NCBI GenBank assembly: GCA_017303555.1
Contig: JAFLCN010000020.1
Span: 5,021 to 69,020 of the forward strand
DNA from: Planctomycetota bacterium
GTDB taxonomy: Bacteria > Planctomycetota > Phycisphaerae > Phycisphaerales > UBA1924
DNA: 64,000 bases
Direction: 5' to 3'
This document shows, piece after piece, positions 17,601 to 27,237 of this stretch. Position numbers and translations under genes: made by a program. Position 1 is the first letter of the stretch. Every line of letters begins with the position of its first letter. The notes under the pieces were generated by a model that was not told the origin of the DNA, ran no database searches, and was given only the letters and a program-made list of their open reading frames with translations.

Positions 17601-19226
17601 TCACGGCGGGCAGATCAACTGGTCGTACGCGCTGGCGAAGAGCACGAAATCAGCATCTTCCACGATGCCGTCTCCGTTGAAATCGGATGGGCAGCGTGTG
17701 TACGCGGGGTTGGTCGGGCACACCAGCACGTTGTACGCGTCGGCGAAGAGAACGAAATCGGAGTCATCGACGAGTTGGTCGGCGTTGAGGTCGCCGACGC
17801 AGCGAGATGTGGAGCAGCGGAAATCCGCGCTCATGCCCACGTCGACGGCGATGGCCGTGTCGAGCATGTAGCCTTCGTCGTCGATGACGGTGGGCAGCTC
17901 ATCTTGCATGCCCAGCTGAATCGTGCCTCCCACGGCGTTGAGTTCCTCCTCGAGGCAGCCGCTGGCAAAGTTTGCATCGGTGCGGACGGTCCACGCCTCC
18001 CGGTCGAGAGCGACTTCCTGCGTACGTCCGAACATCGCGTAGCCGCCGGTGCAGTCGATGGGGGCGATCGCCTCGAATGCGGCGCGGGAATCGAACGCGA
18101 AATCGCCGTAGCTCCAAAGTCGCTCGGTATGACCGCTCGAACCAACACGAAGAACTGCCCCGGCGGTGTCGAAGTGATTCGTTGAAAAGCCCTGACCGGT
18201 GATGCCGGCGACGAGCATGGAATCATCGGGGAGTGCAAGCACCGCTTCCTGTCCGTTGGTGAATTCTTCGACTGTTGATGCCCACTGGAGATCGCCGGTC
18301 AACGCGTCGATTCTGCCGCAGAGTCCCTTGTACGGAACGATTCCTGCGACGGGCGGGGAGGAACGTGCGGCGCTGAAGAGCATGTCGCCGTTTTGTGCGA
18401 GGTCGAATCCTCCTCCGAGGAGATCGCTGGATTCGTCGTTGATGCGATAGCTGCGGGCCCACAAGATCTTGCCGTCCGCGTCGGTGCGCATGGCGAAAAT
18501 GGCGTAATAGTTCGGCGAGATCAGGATGGTGCCGAGGATGAGCACTTCGCCCGAGGAGTCCTTGGCTTCGCGCGCCTGGATGAAGTCGAGTGCGGCGCCG
18601 CTGCCACCGGTCGGCACGTAGCGTTTGGAGAAGTGCAGGCTGCCATCGCGATGAAGGACGCTGAGCAGGCCGATGCGGACCACACCGTCCGTGTTGCGTT
18701 TGCGCCCGATCACGGCAATCCGGTTCTTGTACAACTCGCTGACGCCCGTCGAGACGAAACCGGGTGCGTTGGGAACAAAGAGCGGCACTGAATTGTCGCT
18801 TCCGGTCAATCGAACGCACCAGATCGGGACGCCGTCCTTGTCGGTGCGGATCACGACGCGCGAGCCGGGCACTGGAAGTCCGGTGTTGAAGAACTCGCAG
18901 CCGAGAACCAGTTCGTTGTTTTCGGTGGATTCGAAACAGGAGTAGCCGCACGACCGCGCACCGGTGGTGGATGAATACCGCTTCGCCCAGGCGACTTTGC
19001 CGGTTTCCGTGAGGCGTGCCGCGAACGCGAACACCTGAAAATTGGGATTCGTCTGTGTCTGGCCGATCACCTGGAAGCCGCAGTCGCGGGTGTTCACCAA
19101 GTCGAATCCGAAGCTGGTGTTTTCCGTCAGGACATTTTGAAAGGTTTGTCCGAGCGCGATTTGCGTGAGCGAGCCGGCTGCGAGCGCGACAACAACACCT
19201 GTTCGACGCAACGACGAAGAGTGCAT
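17601..19226 (-). CDS. Secreted protein (possible beta-propeller-like body) with a C-terminal double dockerin-like module
   Basis: ATG at 19226 with a GGAGA SD. Signal peptide MHSSSLRRTGVVVALAAGSLTQIALGQ. The C-terminus reads CVGDLNADQLVDDSDFVLFADAYNVLVCP...CPSDFNGDGIVEDADFVLFASAYDQLICPP. Confidence 0.7.
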   Translation of the reverse strand: MHSSSLRRTGVVVALAAGSLTQIALGQTFQNVLTENTSFGFDLVNTRDCGFQVIGQTQTNPNFQVFAFAARLTETGKVAWAKRYSSTTGARSCGYSCFESTENNELVLGCEFFNTGLPVPGSRVVIRTDKDGVPIWCVRLTGSDNSVPLFVPNAPGFVSTGVSELYKNRIAVIGRKRNTDGVVRIGLLSVLHRDGSLHFSKRYVPTGGSGAALDFIQAREAKDSSGEVLILGTILISPNYYAIFAMRTDADGKILWARSYRINDESSDLLGGGFDLAQNGDMLFSAARSSPPVAGIVPYKGLCGRIDALTGDLQWASTVEEFTNGQEAVLALPDDSMLVAGITGQGFSTNHFDTAGAVLRVGSSGHTERLWSYGDFAFDSRAAFEAIAPIDCTGGYAMFGRTQEVALDREAWTVRTDANFASGCLEEELNAVGGTIQLGMQDELPTVIDDEGYMLDTAIAVDVGMSADFRCSTSRCVGDLNADQLVDDSDFVLFADAYNVLVCPTNPAYTRCPSDFNGDGIVEDADFVLFASAYDQLICPP

Positions 19227-19419
19227 GCGACTGTCTCCAAGTTGTCCGGCGCTGGCCGGCTGCCCCCAAAAACCGCGTCGGTGAAACGACTGCGGTGCCC
19301 TGCGGCATGTGCAGCGTACTTGGAACGGGCGGATCGATGCGCGGATTTTCGACAGGATGAGAAAGTTGTTGGTGGGCTGGGAAGGGTGAATGCCCCAGGC
19401 GGGAGATGAAGGCCGAACG

Positions 19420-19447
19420 AAAAAAAGCCCGCGATTGCTCGCGGGCT
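19420..19447 (-). terminator. Intrinsic terminator after rpsI
   Basis: Minus strand reads AGCCCGCG-agcaat-CGCGGGCT followed by T7. Confidence 0.75.
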
Positions 19448-19518
19448 TGGAGGAACGTTGGTTTTGAAGCAAGGCGAAAGGCACATCGCCCGGAAGGGCG
19501 ATGCCACTCCCCACCAAA

Positions 19519-20076
19519 TCAACGCTTGCTGAACTGGAAGCGACGGCGGGCGCCGGCCTGGCCGTACTTCTTACGCTCGACCTCGCGGCTGTCGCGGGTC
19601 AGGACGCCCATCTCGCGGAAGCGGGCTTCGAGCGTCGGGTCGTAGCCGAGCAGGGCGCGGGCGACGGCGAGCTTGCAGGCCTGGGCCTGGCCCATCGTGC
19701 CGCCACCGTGGCAGCGGAAAACCACCGTGACCTTGTCCTGAAGGCTCGCGGCCTTGATCGGCTCGAGCACATCGTTACGGTCGCGCATCTCGGCAAAGTA
19801 CTGTTCGACGGTCTTGGTGATGCGCTTGGAGTTCTTCGGGTCCTTCTTGCCAGCCTTGCTGGTCGAGGCGCACTCGAAGAGCACGCCGACTTCCGCGCCC
19901 TTGGAGGGCTTGATGCGGACGCGGGCGACGGCGGTCTTACGACGGCCCGTTCCCCACCACCAGCCGTGCCGATCGGCGGGCTTGGCGGCGCGGACAGGGC
20001 GGACGATCGGGGCGGCAGCGGGCGCGACAGCGGTGGCGCTCAGGCCCGCGGGAATGTTCAATCCAGTGGTCGTCAT
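19519..20076 (-). CDS. rpsI: 30S ribosomal protein S9, with a ~45-aa N-terminal extension
   Basis: GTGRRKTAVARVRI ... C-terminal RRRFQFSKR. Confidence 0.9.
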   Translation of the reverse strand: MTTTGLNIPAGLSATAVAPAAAPIVRPVRAAKPADRHGWWWGTGRRKTAVARVRIKPSKGAEVGVLFECASTSKAGKKDPKNSKRITKTVEQYFAEMRDRNDVLEPIKAASLQDKVTVVFRCHGGGTMGQAQACKLAVARALLGYDPTLEARFREMGVLTRDSREVERKKYGQAGARRRFQFSKR

Positions 20077-20124
20077 GTGTGTTTCTCGCTGAGTCTCAAG
20101 GTCGTTGAGAGGATTCGATCGGGC

Positions 20125-20565
20125 TTACGAAACCTTGAGTTCCGTGGGCTTGTGGTTGGCGTGCGGGTGTTCGGAGCCCTTGACAACATGCAGGCTCTGG
20201 AGCATGAGGCGGCTGAGGCGGTTCTTCGGAAGCATGCGACGAACCGCATCCTTCACGAGGGTTTCCGGGTCGTTCTCGCGGACCTGGCCGTACGTCTGGG
20301 TCTTGAGGCCGCCGGGGTATTCGGTATACCGCATCTTGAGGCGGTGAATGGACTTGCGACCGGTCAATTCAACCTTTTCCGCGTTGGTGACGACGACGTT
20401 CTCGCCGCAGTGAACGTGGGGGGTGTAATCCGCGCGGTGCTTGCCCATGAGGACAAGGGCGACTTCGCTGGCCAGACGGCCGAGCGGGATTCCGGCGGCA
20501 TCAACGACGCGCCAGGTGTTGGAGCCCGATCCGGGCTTCAGGAGTGATGTTTGCCGACGATGCAT
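20125..20565 (-). CDS. rplM: 50S ribosomal protein L13
   Basis: ATG at 20565 gives WRVVDAAGIPLGRLASEVALVLMGKH and RMLPKNRL; 146 aa. The longer ORF to 20787 was rejected. Confidence 0.9.
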   Translation of the reverse strand: MHRRQTSLLKPGSGSNTWRVVDAAGIPLGRLASEVALVLMGKHRADYTPHVHCGENVVVTNAEKVELTGRKSIHRLKMRYTEYPGGLKTQTYGQVRENDPETLVKDAVRRMLPKNRLSRLMLQSLHVVKGSEHPHANHKPTELKVS

Positions 20566-20878
20566 AGCGAACCTCCGCAAGTCTGGCGTTCCGAGCGATG
20601 GCGATAGCAGCCAAGGCGACGGGACGACAGGGCGTCCGAAACAGTCTCGCCACCTACCGGGTGGGGCGGGCCGGATGATCCTTTGCAGGGCCACCAGGCA
20701 GAATTTCCCAAATGGGACCCGCCAGTATAGGCCCCAACCAGCCCCCCGGTCGATGGGGTTCGTTGGTGGTCCCGGTCGTGAGGGCACCGAATTCCAGACC
20801 GGTGGCCCTCGGACTTTGGAAACCCCCCGCGGATTCGCACCCGAAAGCCCGCGTTTGTGCTATGAACCAGCGAGCAAT

Positions 20879-22435
20879 ATGACCCAGAACCCATTTCAGC
20901 CGCTTCCTCCCGCCCCGGTTTCAGAAAGCGCTTCGGCCAGGGCCCGCGTGCCCGACCCCGGTTCGTCGGGCATGGCCTGGTTCGCTGGCCTGATCGCGAT
21001 CGTCTGCTTCGGGACGGTGGTGTATCTGAATCAGGTTTCGAACGCGTCGTCTTCGACGCAGAAGGCGGCCAAGTCGGTCGCAACCCAGCAAACGGTGGAT
21101 CTGGCCGACCCGGTGACGCTTGCCTCAAAGATGGTGATCAAGCTCGCGCACTTGTTCGACAGCAAGGACCAGGCCGCGCGCCGGGCCTGGCTTGGGCAGG
21201 CACAAAGCCCGATCACCGATCCAGCCAAGCGGCCGGAAGTGGATCGCGTGCGCGAGGCGATTCTGCACGCCGAGATTCTAAAGGGCGAGGACGGTGTCGA
21301 GGAGGCGACGCGCCTGCTGGATGCGATGGAAGCGGAGTTTGCCGATCGGCCCGATCGGCTCGCGCGCAGACTGGAAGAGGATGAACAGCGGAACATCGAT
21401 GCCGCGAGAGAAGACATCGCGGCACTGCGCCGGATTTATGCCGGCGATGCGGCGGGTCTGAGCGACGATCAGCGCGAGCGGCTGAAGGCGCGCCACGGCT
21501 GGTTCGCCGAAGTCGCGTTCACGTTCGGCAGGCCGGATTCGGATGCCGATCGTGTTCGGCTGCTCTCGGGTGGGGGCCCGCTCATCGCGGGCATTCTGCT
21601 CGTGGTCGGAGCGGGGCTTGGTGCCGTGATGGGCGGCATCGGGTGTTCGATCGCGATGGTGGTGCTGATCGCGACCGGGAAGATTCGGCGGCGATTTGTC
21701 GCTCCCGCACCGGGCGGAAGTTTCGGCTGGGAGATCCTCGCGGCGTTCATGCTCGCGTTTCTGGGTTTCAAGATCGGTGCTTCGATACTGGCGGTCGTGA
21801 TGTCCCGCGCCGGCCAGTTGCCGGAGTGGTTTCCGTATGTCGTGCTCGGCGGGCAGTGGATGGTTGCGCTCGCGATCTTCGTGCCTCTGTTGCGGGGCGT
21901 GCGTTTCGGCGAGTACCGCAAACTCGTGGGCTGGACCGCCGAGCGCGGCGTGTTCCGCGAGATCGTGGCCGGCATCTTCGGTTATCTCGCGGGATTGCCG
22001 ATCGTGTTCGGCGCGCTGATGGTTTCGCTGCTGCTGAACTTCCTCGTGCACATGTGGAGCGGCAAGGACGTGCAGCCGCCGGAGAACCCGATCCTGGAAT
22101 TGGCGGGCCGGGGCGATGCGATCCTGCTCGCGCTGCTCTTCACGCTCGCCACGATCTGGGCGCCGCTCGTGGAGGAAACCGTCTTCCGTGGCGGCGCGTT
22201 CCGCGCGATGCGGGCGCACATGGGCTTTGTGCTGGCGGCGATCGCGAGCGCGCTGATCTTCGGGTTCATGCACGGCTACCCGGTGCAGTTACTCGGGCCG
22301 GTGATCGCGATCGGGTTCGTGTTCGCGCTCATCCGCGAGTGGCGGGGGAGCATCATCGGGCCCATCGTGGCGCACTTTCTGAACAACGCGACGATTCTGG
22401 CGATTGTGTTCCTGATTCTGAATGCCGCGGCGTGA
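20879..22435 (+). CDS. CPBP (CAAX) family intramembrane metalloprotease with a long N-terminal region
   Basis: EETVFRGGAFR, FGFMHG and HFLNNA motifs in the C-terminal TM bundle. ATG at 20879; the upstream ORF extension overlaps rplM and was rejected. Confidence 0.75.
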   Translation: MTQNPFQPLPPAPVSESASARARVPDPGSSGMAWFAGLIAIVCFGTVVYLNQVSNASSSTQKAAKSVATQQTVDLADPVTLASKMVIKLAHLFDSKDQAARRAWLGQAQSPITDPAKRPEVDRVREAILHAEILKGEDGVEEATRLLDAMEAEFADRPDRLARRLEEDEQRNIDAAREDIAALRRIYAGDAAGLSDDQRERLKARHGWFAEVAFTFGRPDSDADRVRLLSGGGPLIAGILLVVGAGLGAVMGGIGCSIAMVVLIATGKIRRRFVAPAPGGSFGWEILAAFMLAFLGFKIGASILAVVMSRAGQLPEWFPYVVLGGQWMVALAIFVPLLRGVRFGEYRKLVGWTAERGVFREIVAGIFGYLAGLPIVFGALMVSLLLNFLVHMWSGKDVQPPENPILELAGRGDAILLALLFTLATIWAPLVEETVFRGGAFRAMRAHMGFVLAAIASALIFGFMHGYPVQLLGPVIAIGFVFALIREWRGSIIGPIVAHFLNNATILAIVFLILNAAA

Positions 22436-22439
22436 GGCG

Positions 22440-23858
22440 TCAGACGTTCGGCGTTCGCGCGCTCTGATCGGTCGCCCTTTCGAATTGCCGCGCAATCCGG
22501 AGCATGCGAGCTTCATCGAACGCGGGCGAAACGAGTTGGACGCCGACCGGGAGCTGCTTGCCCTCGACCGACGCGAAGCCCGCGGGAATGCTCATCGCAG
22601 GAAGGCCGGCGAGGTTGATCGTCACGGTGTAGATATCTTCGAGGTACATCGCCAGCGGGTCGCTCAGCTTCTCGCCCACCTTCCACGCGGGTGATGGGCT
22701 TGCGGGCATGAGCACCGCATGGCAATCGGCGAAGACGCGGTCGAAATCCTGCTTGATCCGGCGGCGGACCTTGAGCGCGGTGTTGTAGTAGGCGTCGTAG
22801 TAGCCGCTGCTCAAGACATGCGTGCCGAGCATGATGCGGCGCTGGACCTCGGGGCCGAAGCCTTCGGAGCGCGACTTGCAGTAGAGATCAAAGAGATCGT
22901 CGCCTTGTTCGAGCTTGGCGCGATGGCCGTAGCGGATGCCATCAAAGCGGGCGAGGTTGCTGGATGCTTCGGCGGGCGCGACGATGTAATACGCCGCGAT
23001 GCCGTGATCGAGCAGGGGCAGATCGACATCCACGATTGTCGCACCGAGCTGTTTGTATGTGGCGATGGCTTCATCAAAAACTCTCGCAACGTCCGGGTGG
23101 TTTGCGTCGCTTCGGGCCTGGCGGGGAACGGCGAGCTTCAGGCCTTCGACGGGCGTGTTGAGCGGGCCGAGCAGATCCGGCAGCGGTTCCTGCGATGAAG
23201 TCGTATCGAGCGGATCGTGGCCGCAGATGACGGAGAGCGCGAGCGCGGCATCTTCGACCGTGCGCGTGAGCGTGCCGATCTGATCGAGGCTGCTGGCGTA
23301 CGCGACGAGTCCGTAGCGGCTGACGCGGCCGTACGTGGGCTTCACGCCGACGATGCCGCAGTGAGAGGCGGGTTGGCGGACGGATCCGCCGGTGTCGGAG
23401 CCGAGCGCGAGCGGGACGATTCCGGCAGCGACCGCCGCGGCACTGCCTCCGCTGCTGCCCCCGGGAATGCGGGAAACATCCCACGGATTGAACGTGGGGC
23501 CGAAGCATGAGTGCTCGCAGGAGGAGCCCATCGCGAACTCATCCATGTTCGTCTTGCCGACGATGATCGCGCCGGCATCGATCAGTTTCTGAACCGCCGT
23601 CGCGGTGTAGGGCGATTCGTAATTGCGCAGCATGTTGCTGGCGCAGGTGGTCTTGCCGTAGGCGAGGCAGAGATTGTCTTTGAGTGCGATGGGAATGCCG
23701 GCGAGGGGGCCGCGTTTGGAATTGATTGCAGACGCCTGCGCATCGGCGAGTGCGCGGGATTCGAAGACCTCGACAAAGGCGTTGAGCCGGGGATTGACGC
23801 TCTTGAGGCGGTCGATCGAGGCGCGAACGAGTTCGGGTGCGTTGCCGGCGCGACTCAC
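22440..23858 (-). CDS. gatA: Glu-tRNA(Gln)/Asp-tRNA(Asn) amidotransferase subunit A
   Basis: Amidase signature GGSSGGSAAAVA. The GTG start overlaps the gatC stop (GTGA). Confidence 0.9.
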   Translation of the reverse strand: MSRAGNAPELVRASIDRLKSVNPRLNAFVEVFESRALADAQASAINSKRGPLAGIPIALKDNLCLAYGKTTCASNMLRNYESPYTATAVQKLIDAGAIIVGKTNMDEFAMGSSCEHSCFGPTFNPWDVSRIPGGSSGGSAAAVAAGIVPLALGSDTGGSVRQPASHCGIVGVKPTYGRVSRYGLVAYASSLDQIGTLTRTVEDAALALSVICGHDPLDTTSSQEPLPDLLGPLNTPVEGLKLAVPRQARSDANHPDVARVFDEAIATYKQLGATIVDVDLPLLDHGIAAYYIVAPAEASSNLARFDGIRYGHRAKLEQGDDLFDLYCKSRSEGFGPEVQRRIMLGTHVLSSGYYDAYYNTALKVRRRIKQDFDRVFADCHAVLMPASPSPAWKVGEKLSDPLAMYLEDIYTVTINLAGLPAMSIPAGFASVEGKQLPVGVQLVSPAFDEARMLRIARQFERATDQSARTPNV

Positions 23859-24166
23859 GCCCCACCCCCTTCACCCAGCACCTTCGGAACCTTCACAAAC
23901 GGCGGCACGGTGTCGGGCGCGATCTTCATCAGCGCTTCGTTGCTCAGCGTCGGTCCGGGCGTGTCTTCATCCAGCCGGTTGGTCGTGCCTCCGACGTTGG
24001 CCATCGGTTCGACATCATCGAGCTTCAGTTCGCGCAAACGGTCCATGTATCCGAGCACAGCGGTCATGCGCGAGCCGTACTCGGCGACCTGCGCATCGGA
24101 CAGCGACAGCCGCGAGAGTTTCGCGATTCGGCGAACATAGTCTGGCGAGAGCGGCTCGTGGCTCAT
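23855..24166 (-). CDS. gatC: Glu-tRNA(Gln)/Asp-tRNA(Asn) amidotransferase subunit C
   Basis: 103 aa. VRRIAKLSRLSLSDAQVAEYGSRMTAVLGYMDRLRELKLDDVEP is a typical GatC sequence. It sits immediately upstream of gatA. Confidence 0.85.
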   Translation of the reverse strand: MSHEPLSPDYVRRIAKLSRLSLSDAQVAEYGSRMTAVLGYMDRLRELKLDDVEPMANVGGTTNRLDEDTPGPTLSNEALMKIAPDTVPPFVKVPKVLGEGGGA

Positions 24167-24229
24167 GGGCGCAGTGTAAGCGGGGGTCCAAGCCTTGCTG
24201 ATCTGGCGTCATCGCGCCGAAAATCCCCC

Positions 24230-24360
24230 TTCACCGCAGAGCCGCAGAGGTCGCGGAGAGAAAGAGACAGAATGGATGGTCGCTGTGGTTCACGAAGACC
24301 GCGCATCATCCGGCTTTCGAGTGTCCTGTCTTTTTCTGTGTTCTCTGTGACTCTGTGGTG
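24230..24360. repeat. Imperfect ~40-bp inverted repeat built from CACRGAG-type heptamers (lpxC-gatC spacer)
   Basis: The left arm is tcaccgcagagccgcagaggtcgcggagagaaagagacag (24230-24269). The reverse complement of the right arm (24325-24360) is tcaccacagagtcacagagaacacagaaaaagacag. Confidence 0.7.
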
Positions 24361-24390
24361 AAATGGTTTTCCGTTCGCGCGCGATACAGA

Positions 24391-25230
24391 TCAGGGCCGC
24401 GCCCCCGCGATTCGGCGGCACAACTCGTGCGTCAGCGCATGGCTCGACTTGTGCGCCGTGACATCGGCGATCAGCGGCCCGCCCAGCAGCGCAAGATCGC
24501 CGATCAGATCGAGCAGCTTGTGACGGGCCGGTTCTTCGGGGAATCGAAAGGCGTTCTCGATCGCGCTGCCGTCGGGCGCGATCACCAGCATGTCGCGGGC
24601 GGTCAGATGCGGGAAGAGGCCCGCGGCCCGCATCGCGAGTGCTTCTGCTTCGAGCGAGAAGGTGCGGGCGGGGGCGATCTGGCCGGAGTACGACGCCGCG
24701 CTCCCGTCCCACGCATAGTCCTGGTCCGGCAGGCCCGACCCCGCGGGGTATCGCAGTTCGTAGCGGTAAAGGATGCGATCGGAAGGCGAGGCTTCGATCC
24801 ACGCTCCGCTCGATGCGTGCTCAACGCGAACGGAGGAACGCAGCCTGATCGGGCTGCCCGGAGCGGAGCGGACCCCGCGAAGTGCGTCGGCAAATCCGGA
24901 TGCGGAACCGTCGAGGATCGGCAGCTCGCCCCCGTCCACGGCGATCTCGGCGTGCCAGATGTTCAGCCCGGCCAGCGCCGACATGCAATGTTCCACGGTG
25001 GCGACAGAGAAACGCTCATCGCCGAGCACGGTGTTGCGCCCGCCCAGCGGGCCTTGCGACGTTCGCTGGTGGGCGATCGTCGCGGGTGTCCCCATGCGAC
25101 CGGAAGCATCGACAAAGCGGATGCCCCCCGAATCGGACGGCCGAATTTCCAGGCGAGCCGGGCGCGCCGAAAAAAGTCCGAGTCCGGAAATTTCAATCGG
25201 CCGCGGCACGCTTATCGAGCCTCCGCTCAC
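24391..25230 (-). CDS. lpxC: UDP-3-O-acyl-N-acetylglucosamine deacetylase
   Basis: [37 protein letters not shown] and [11 protein letters not shown] blocks. The GTG at 25230 overlaps the lpxD stop (GTGA). 279 aa, with no fused FabZ domain. Confidence 0.85.
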   Translation of the reverse strand: MSGGSISVPRPIEISGLGLFSARPARLEIRPSDSGGIRFVDASGRMGTPATIAHQRTSQGPLGGRNTVLGDERFSVATVEHCMSALAGLNIWHAEIAVDGGELPILDGSASGFADALRGVRSAPGSPIRLRSSVRVEHASSGAWIEASPSDRILYRYELRYPAGSGLPDQDYAWDGSAASYSGQIAPARTFSLEAEALAMRAAGLFPHLTARDMLVIAPDGSAIENAFRFPEEPARHKLLDLIGDLALLGGPLIADVTAHKSSHALTHELCRRIAGARP

Positions 25231-26357
25231 GGATTCTCGAGCTTGACCTTCTTCAGGATCTGCGAGAGCTTGCGGAAGAGGGCCATGTTCCGGGCCGCTT
25301 CCTTCACGGGCATGGCGGGCGCGCCGAGCCACGTCTGGCCGCTGGGGATGTCGTTCATCACGCCCGCGCTCGCGCCGACGCGGGCCATCGCGCCGATGTG
25401 GATGTTGTCCGCGACACCAACACGACCGGCGAGTTGCACGCCGTCTCCCAGCGTGACCGAGCCCGAAAGCCCGACCTGGCCGCAGAGAATGCACGAACGC
25501 CCGATGCGGCAATTGTGCCCGATCTGCACGAGGTTGTCGATCTTGGTTCCGCTGCCGATGCTGGTGCTGCCGAACTTCGCCCGGTCGATGCACGTGTTCG
25601 CACCGATATCGACGTGATCGCCGATCACGACGTTGCCGATGTGCGGGATGTGGACGAGGTACTTGCCGCGCCCGCTCGCGTGGGGCTGCAGCGTGTAGCC
25701 GAAGCCTTCGGCGCCGATGACGACGCAGCCGGCGAGGTTGCAGTGGTTTCCGATGATGCAGCCGTCCATCACCGACGAGCCGGGCCCGATCTCGGTATCC
25801 TGACCGATTGCCGCGCCCGCGCCGATGTGCACGCCCGAGATCAGGTTCGACCGCGCGCCGATCTTTGCGCCCGCGCCGACGAAACACATCGGGCCGATCC
25901 GCGCGGTCGGGTCCACCTCTGCGCTCGGATCCACCTTTGCCGAGGAATCGATTCCGGGCGTCGGCGCGTGCCGGGGCGGCGCGAGCGCCGTCAGGATCGC
26001 GAGCTGCGCAACCTCCCCATCCTGCACCACGATGATCGCGCGCCCCTCCGCCACGCTTCGGGGCAGGCCGACCTCCCGCACCAGGATGGCCACCGACGCT
26101 TTGCTCCGATCCCACATCTGAGCGTACTTGTGGCTCCGGATGAACGTCAGGTCGCCGGGGCGCGATTGATCGATCGCGCTGATACCGGTGATCGCAACGT
26201 CGCCCGACCCCAGCAACTCGCCCTGGAGCAGTTCCGCCAGCTTGCCGGAGGTCATGCCGCCGTCGGGCGCGCCATCGCGCTGGGGGGCCGCTCCGTTCTG
26301 GGCGGGTTCGGCGCCGGGCGTGGTGGACGGCTGGCTTGTGGGTGCTGTTGCTTGCAT
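25227..26357 (-). CDS. lpxD: UDP-3-O-(3-hydroxyacyl)glucosamine N-acyltransferase
   Basis: Left-handed beta-helix hexapeptide repeats ([38 protein letters not shown]...) and an LpxD-type N-terminal domain. Confidence 0.9.
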   Translation of the reverse strand: MQATAPTSQPSTTPGAEPAQNGAAPQRDGAPDGGMTSGKLAELLQGELLGSGDVAITGISAIDQSRPGDLTFIRSHKYAQMWDRSKASVAILVREVGLPRSVAEGRAIIVVQDGEVAQLAILTALAPPRHAPTPGIDSSAKVDPSAEVDPTARIGPMCFVGAGAKIGARSNLISGVHIGAGAAIGQDTEIGPGSSVMDGCIIGNHCNLAGCVVIGAEGFGYTLQPHASGRGKYLVHIPHIGNVVIGDHVDIGANTCIDRAKFGSTSIGSGTKIDNLVQIGHNCRIGRSCILCGQVGLSGSVTLGDGVQLAGRVGVADNIHIGAMARVGASAGVMNDIPSGQTWLGAPAMPVKEAARNMALFRKLSQILKKVKLENP

Positions 26358-26415
26358 TGTGGGTGGGGAAGTCTGCGCCGGTCGGTGTGCTTTGGAGACG
26401 CTCGGATGGCCCTGG

Positions 26416-27075
26416 TTACGGCTTCTTCGGCGCGGGCTTCTTGCCCCCGTTGGCCGCGAAGTTGTTGTTCATGACCTTGATGATGTCGTCGGTGATGTCG
26501 AGCGCGGGCGCACCGTAGACGATGCGCTTCTGCGAGATCAGGGCCGAGACCTTGCCCACATCGTCGTTCTCCTGGAAGGTCAGCACGCGGTCGTCCACCA
26601 GGATCAGCTCGATGTCGTTCTTCTGGGCGTAGTTCGCGCAGGCGTCCATGATGTGCCCGTGCACCTGCTTGAACAGGTCGCCCTTCTCGATGTTGATGAT
26701 GCCCTGGAACGCCTGCTGCTTGGCGTTCGCGGTCGCGTTCAGCTCCATCATCTTGACGGCTTCTTCGCGCCGGTTGGTGTCCTTGGGGTCGATCAGCTCG
26801 AGCTTCTTCTGGCCCTCGTCGAGCTGCTTGGCGATGTTGTTCAGTTCCGCCTGGCGCGCATCGGCCTTGGCCGCGATCTTCTGCTGGCCCATCTTGACCT
26901 CGTCCAGGTCGTTGATCACCTTCTCGATGTTGATCAGGGCGATCTTGGATGCCGACGGCGCGTTGGCGCTGTTCGCCCGCACCGACATGGCACCGAATCC
27001 GGCCAGCCCGGTCGCCACGATGCCAGCGCCGACGAAGCCCGCCAAACGACCGAACGACCTGCGACCAGTTTTCAT
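26416..27075 (-). CDS. skp: OmpH/Skp-family periplasmic chaperone
   Basis: Signal peptide, then a coiled-coil region rich in K, Q and E ([14 protein letters not shown]...[19 protein letters not shown]). It occupies the conserved position between bamA and lpxD. Confidence 0.8.
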   Translation of the reverse strand: MKTGRRSFGRLAGFVGAGIVATGLAGFGAMSVRANSANAPSASKIALINIEKVINDLDEVKMGQQKIAAKADARQAELNNIAKQLDEGQKKLELIDPKDTNRREEAVKMMELNATANAKQQAFQGIINIEKGDLFKQVHGHIMDACANYAQKNDIELILVDDRVLTFQENDDVGKVSALISQKRIVYGAPALDITDDIIKVMNNNFAANGGKKPAPKKP

Positions 27076-27237
27076 GAAATGGTTGTCCTGAGCGTGCGCA
27101 ATCAGACTCCGTCACGCGGGGCACGCCGCCCCGTGACGCGGGTTGCATGATACGGGACTTTCCACCCCGCGGCAGAAACGGGCGAAAACGTGCGGGCGGG
27201 GCCCCGCAACGCCCCAAAACGGCAGTCAGAGCGGCAA

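Noticed and set aside
24391-26115. 574-aa ORF that could be read as one large protein
   Set aside because: Only the C-terminal 279 codons carry LpxC motifs. The upstream part overlaps lpxD in another frame and is Arg-rich junk. A GTG at 25230 overlapping the lpxD stop gives a normal-sized LpxC.
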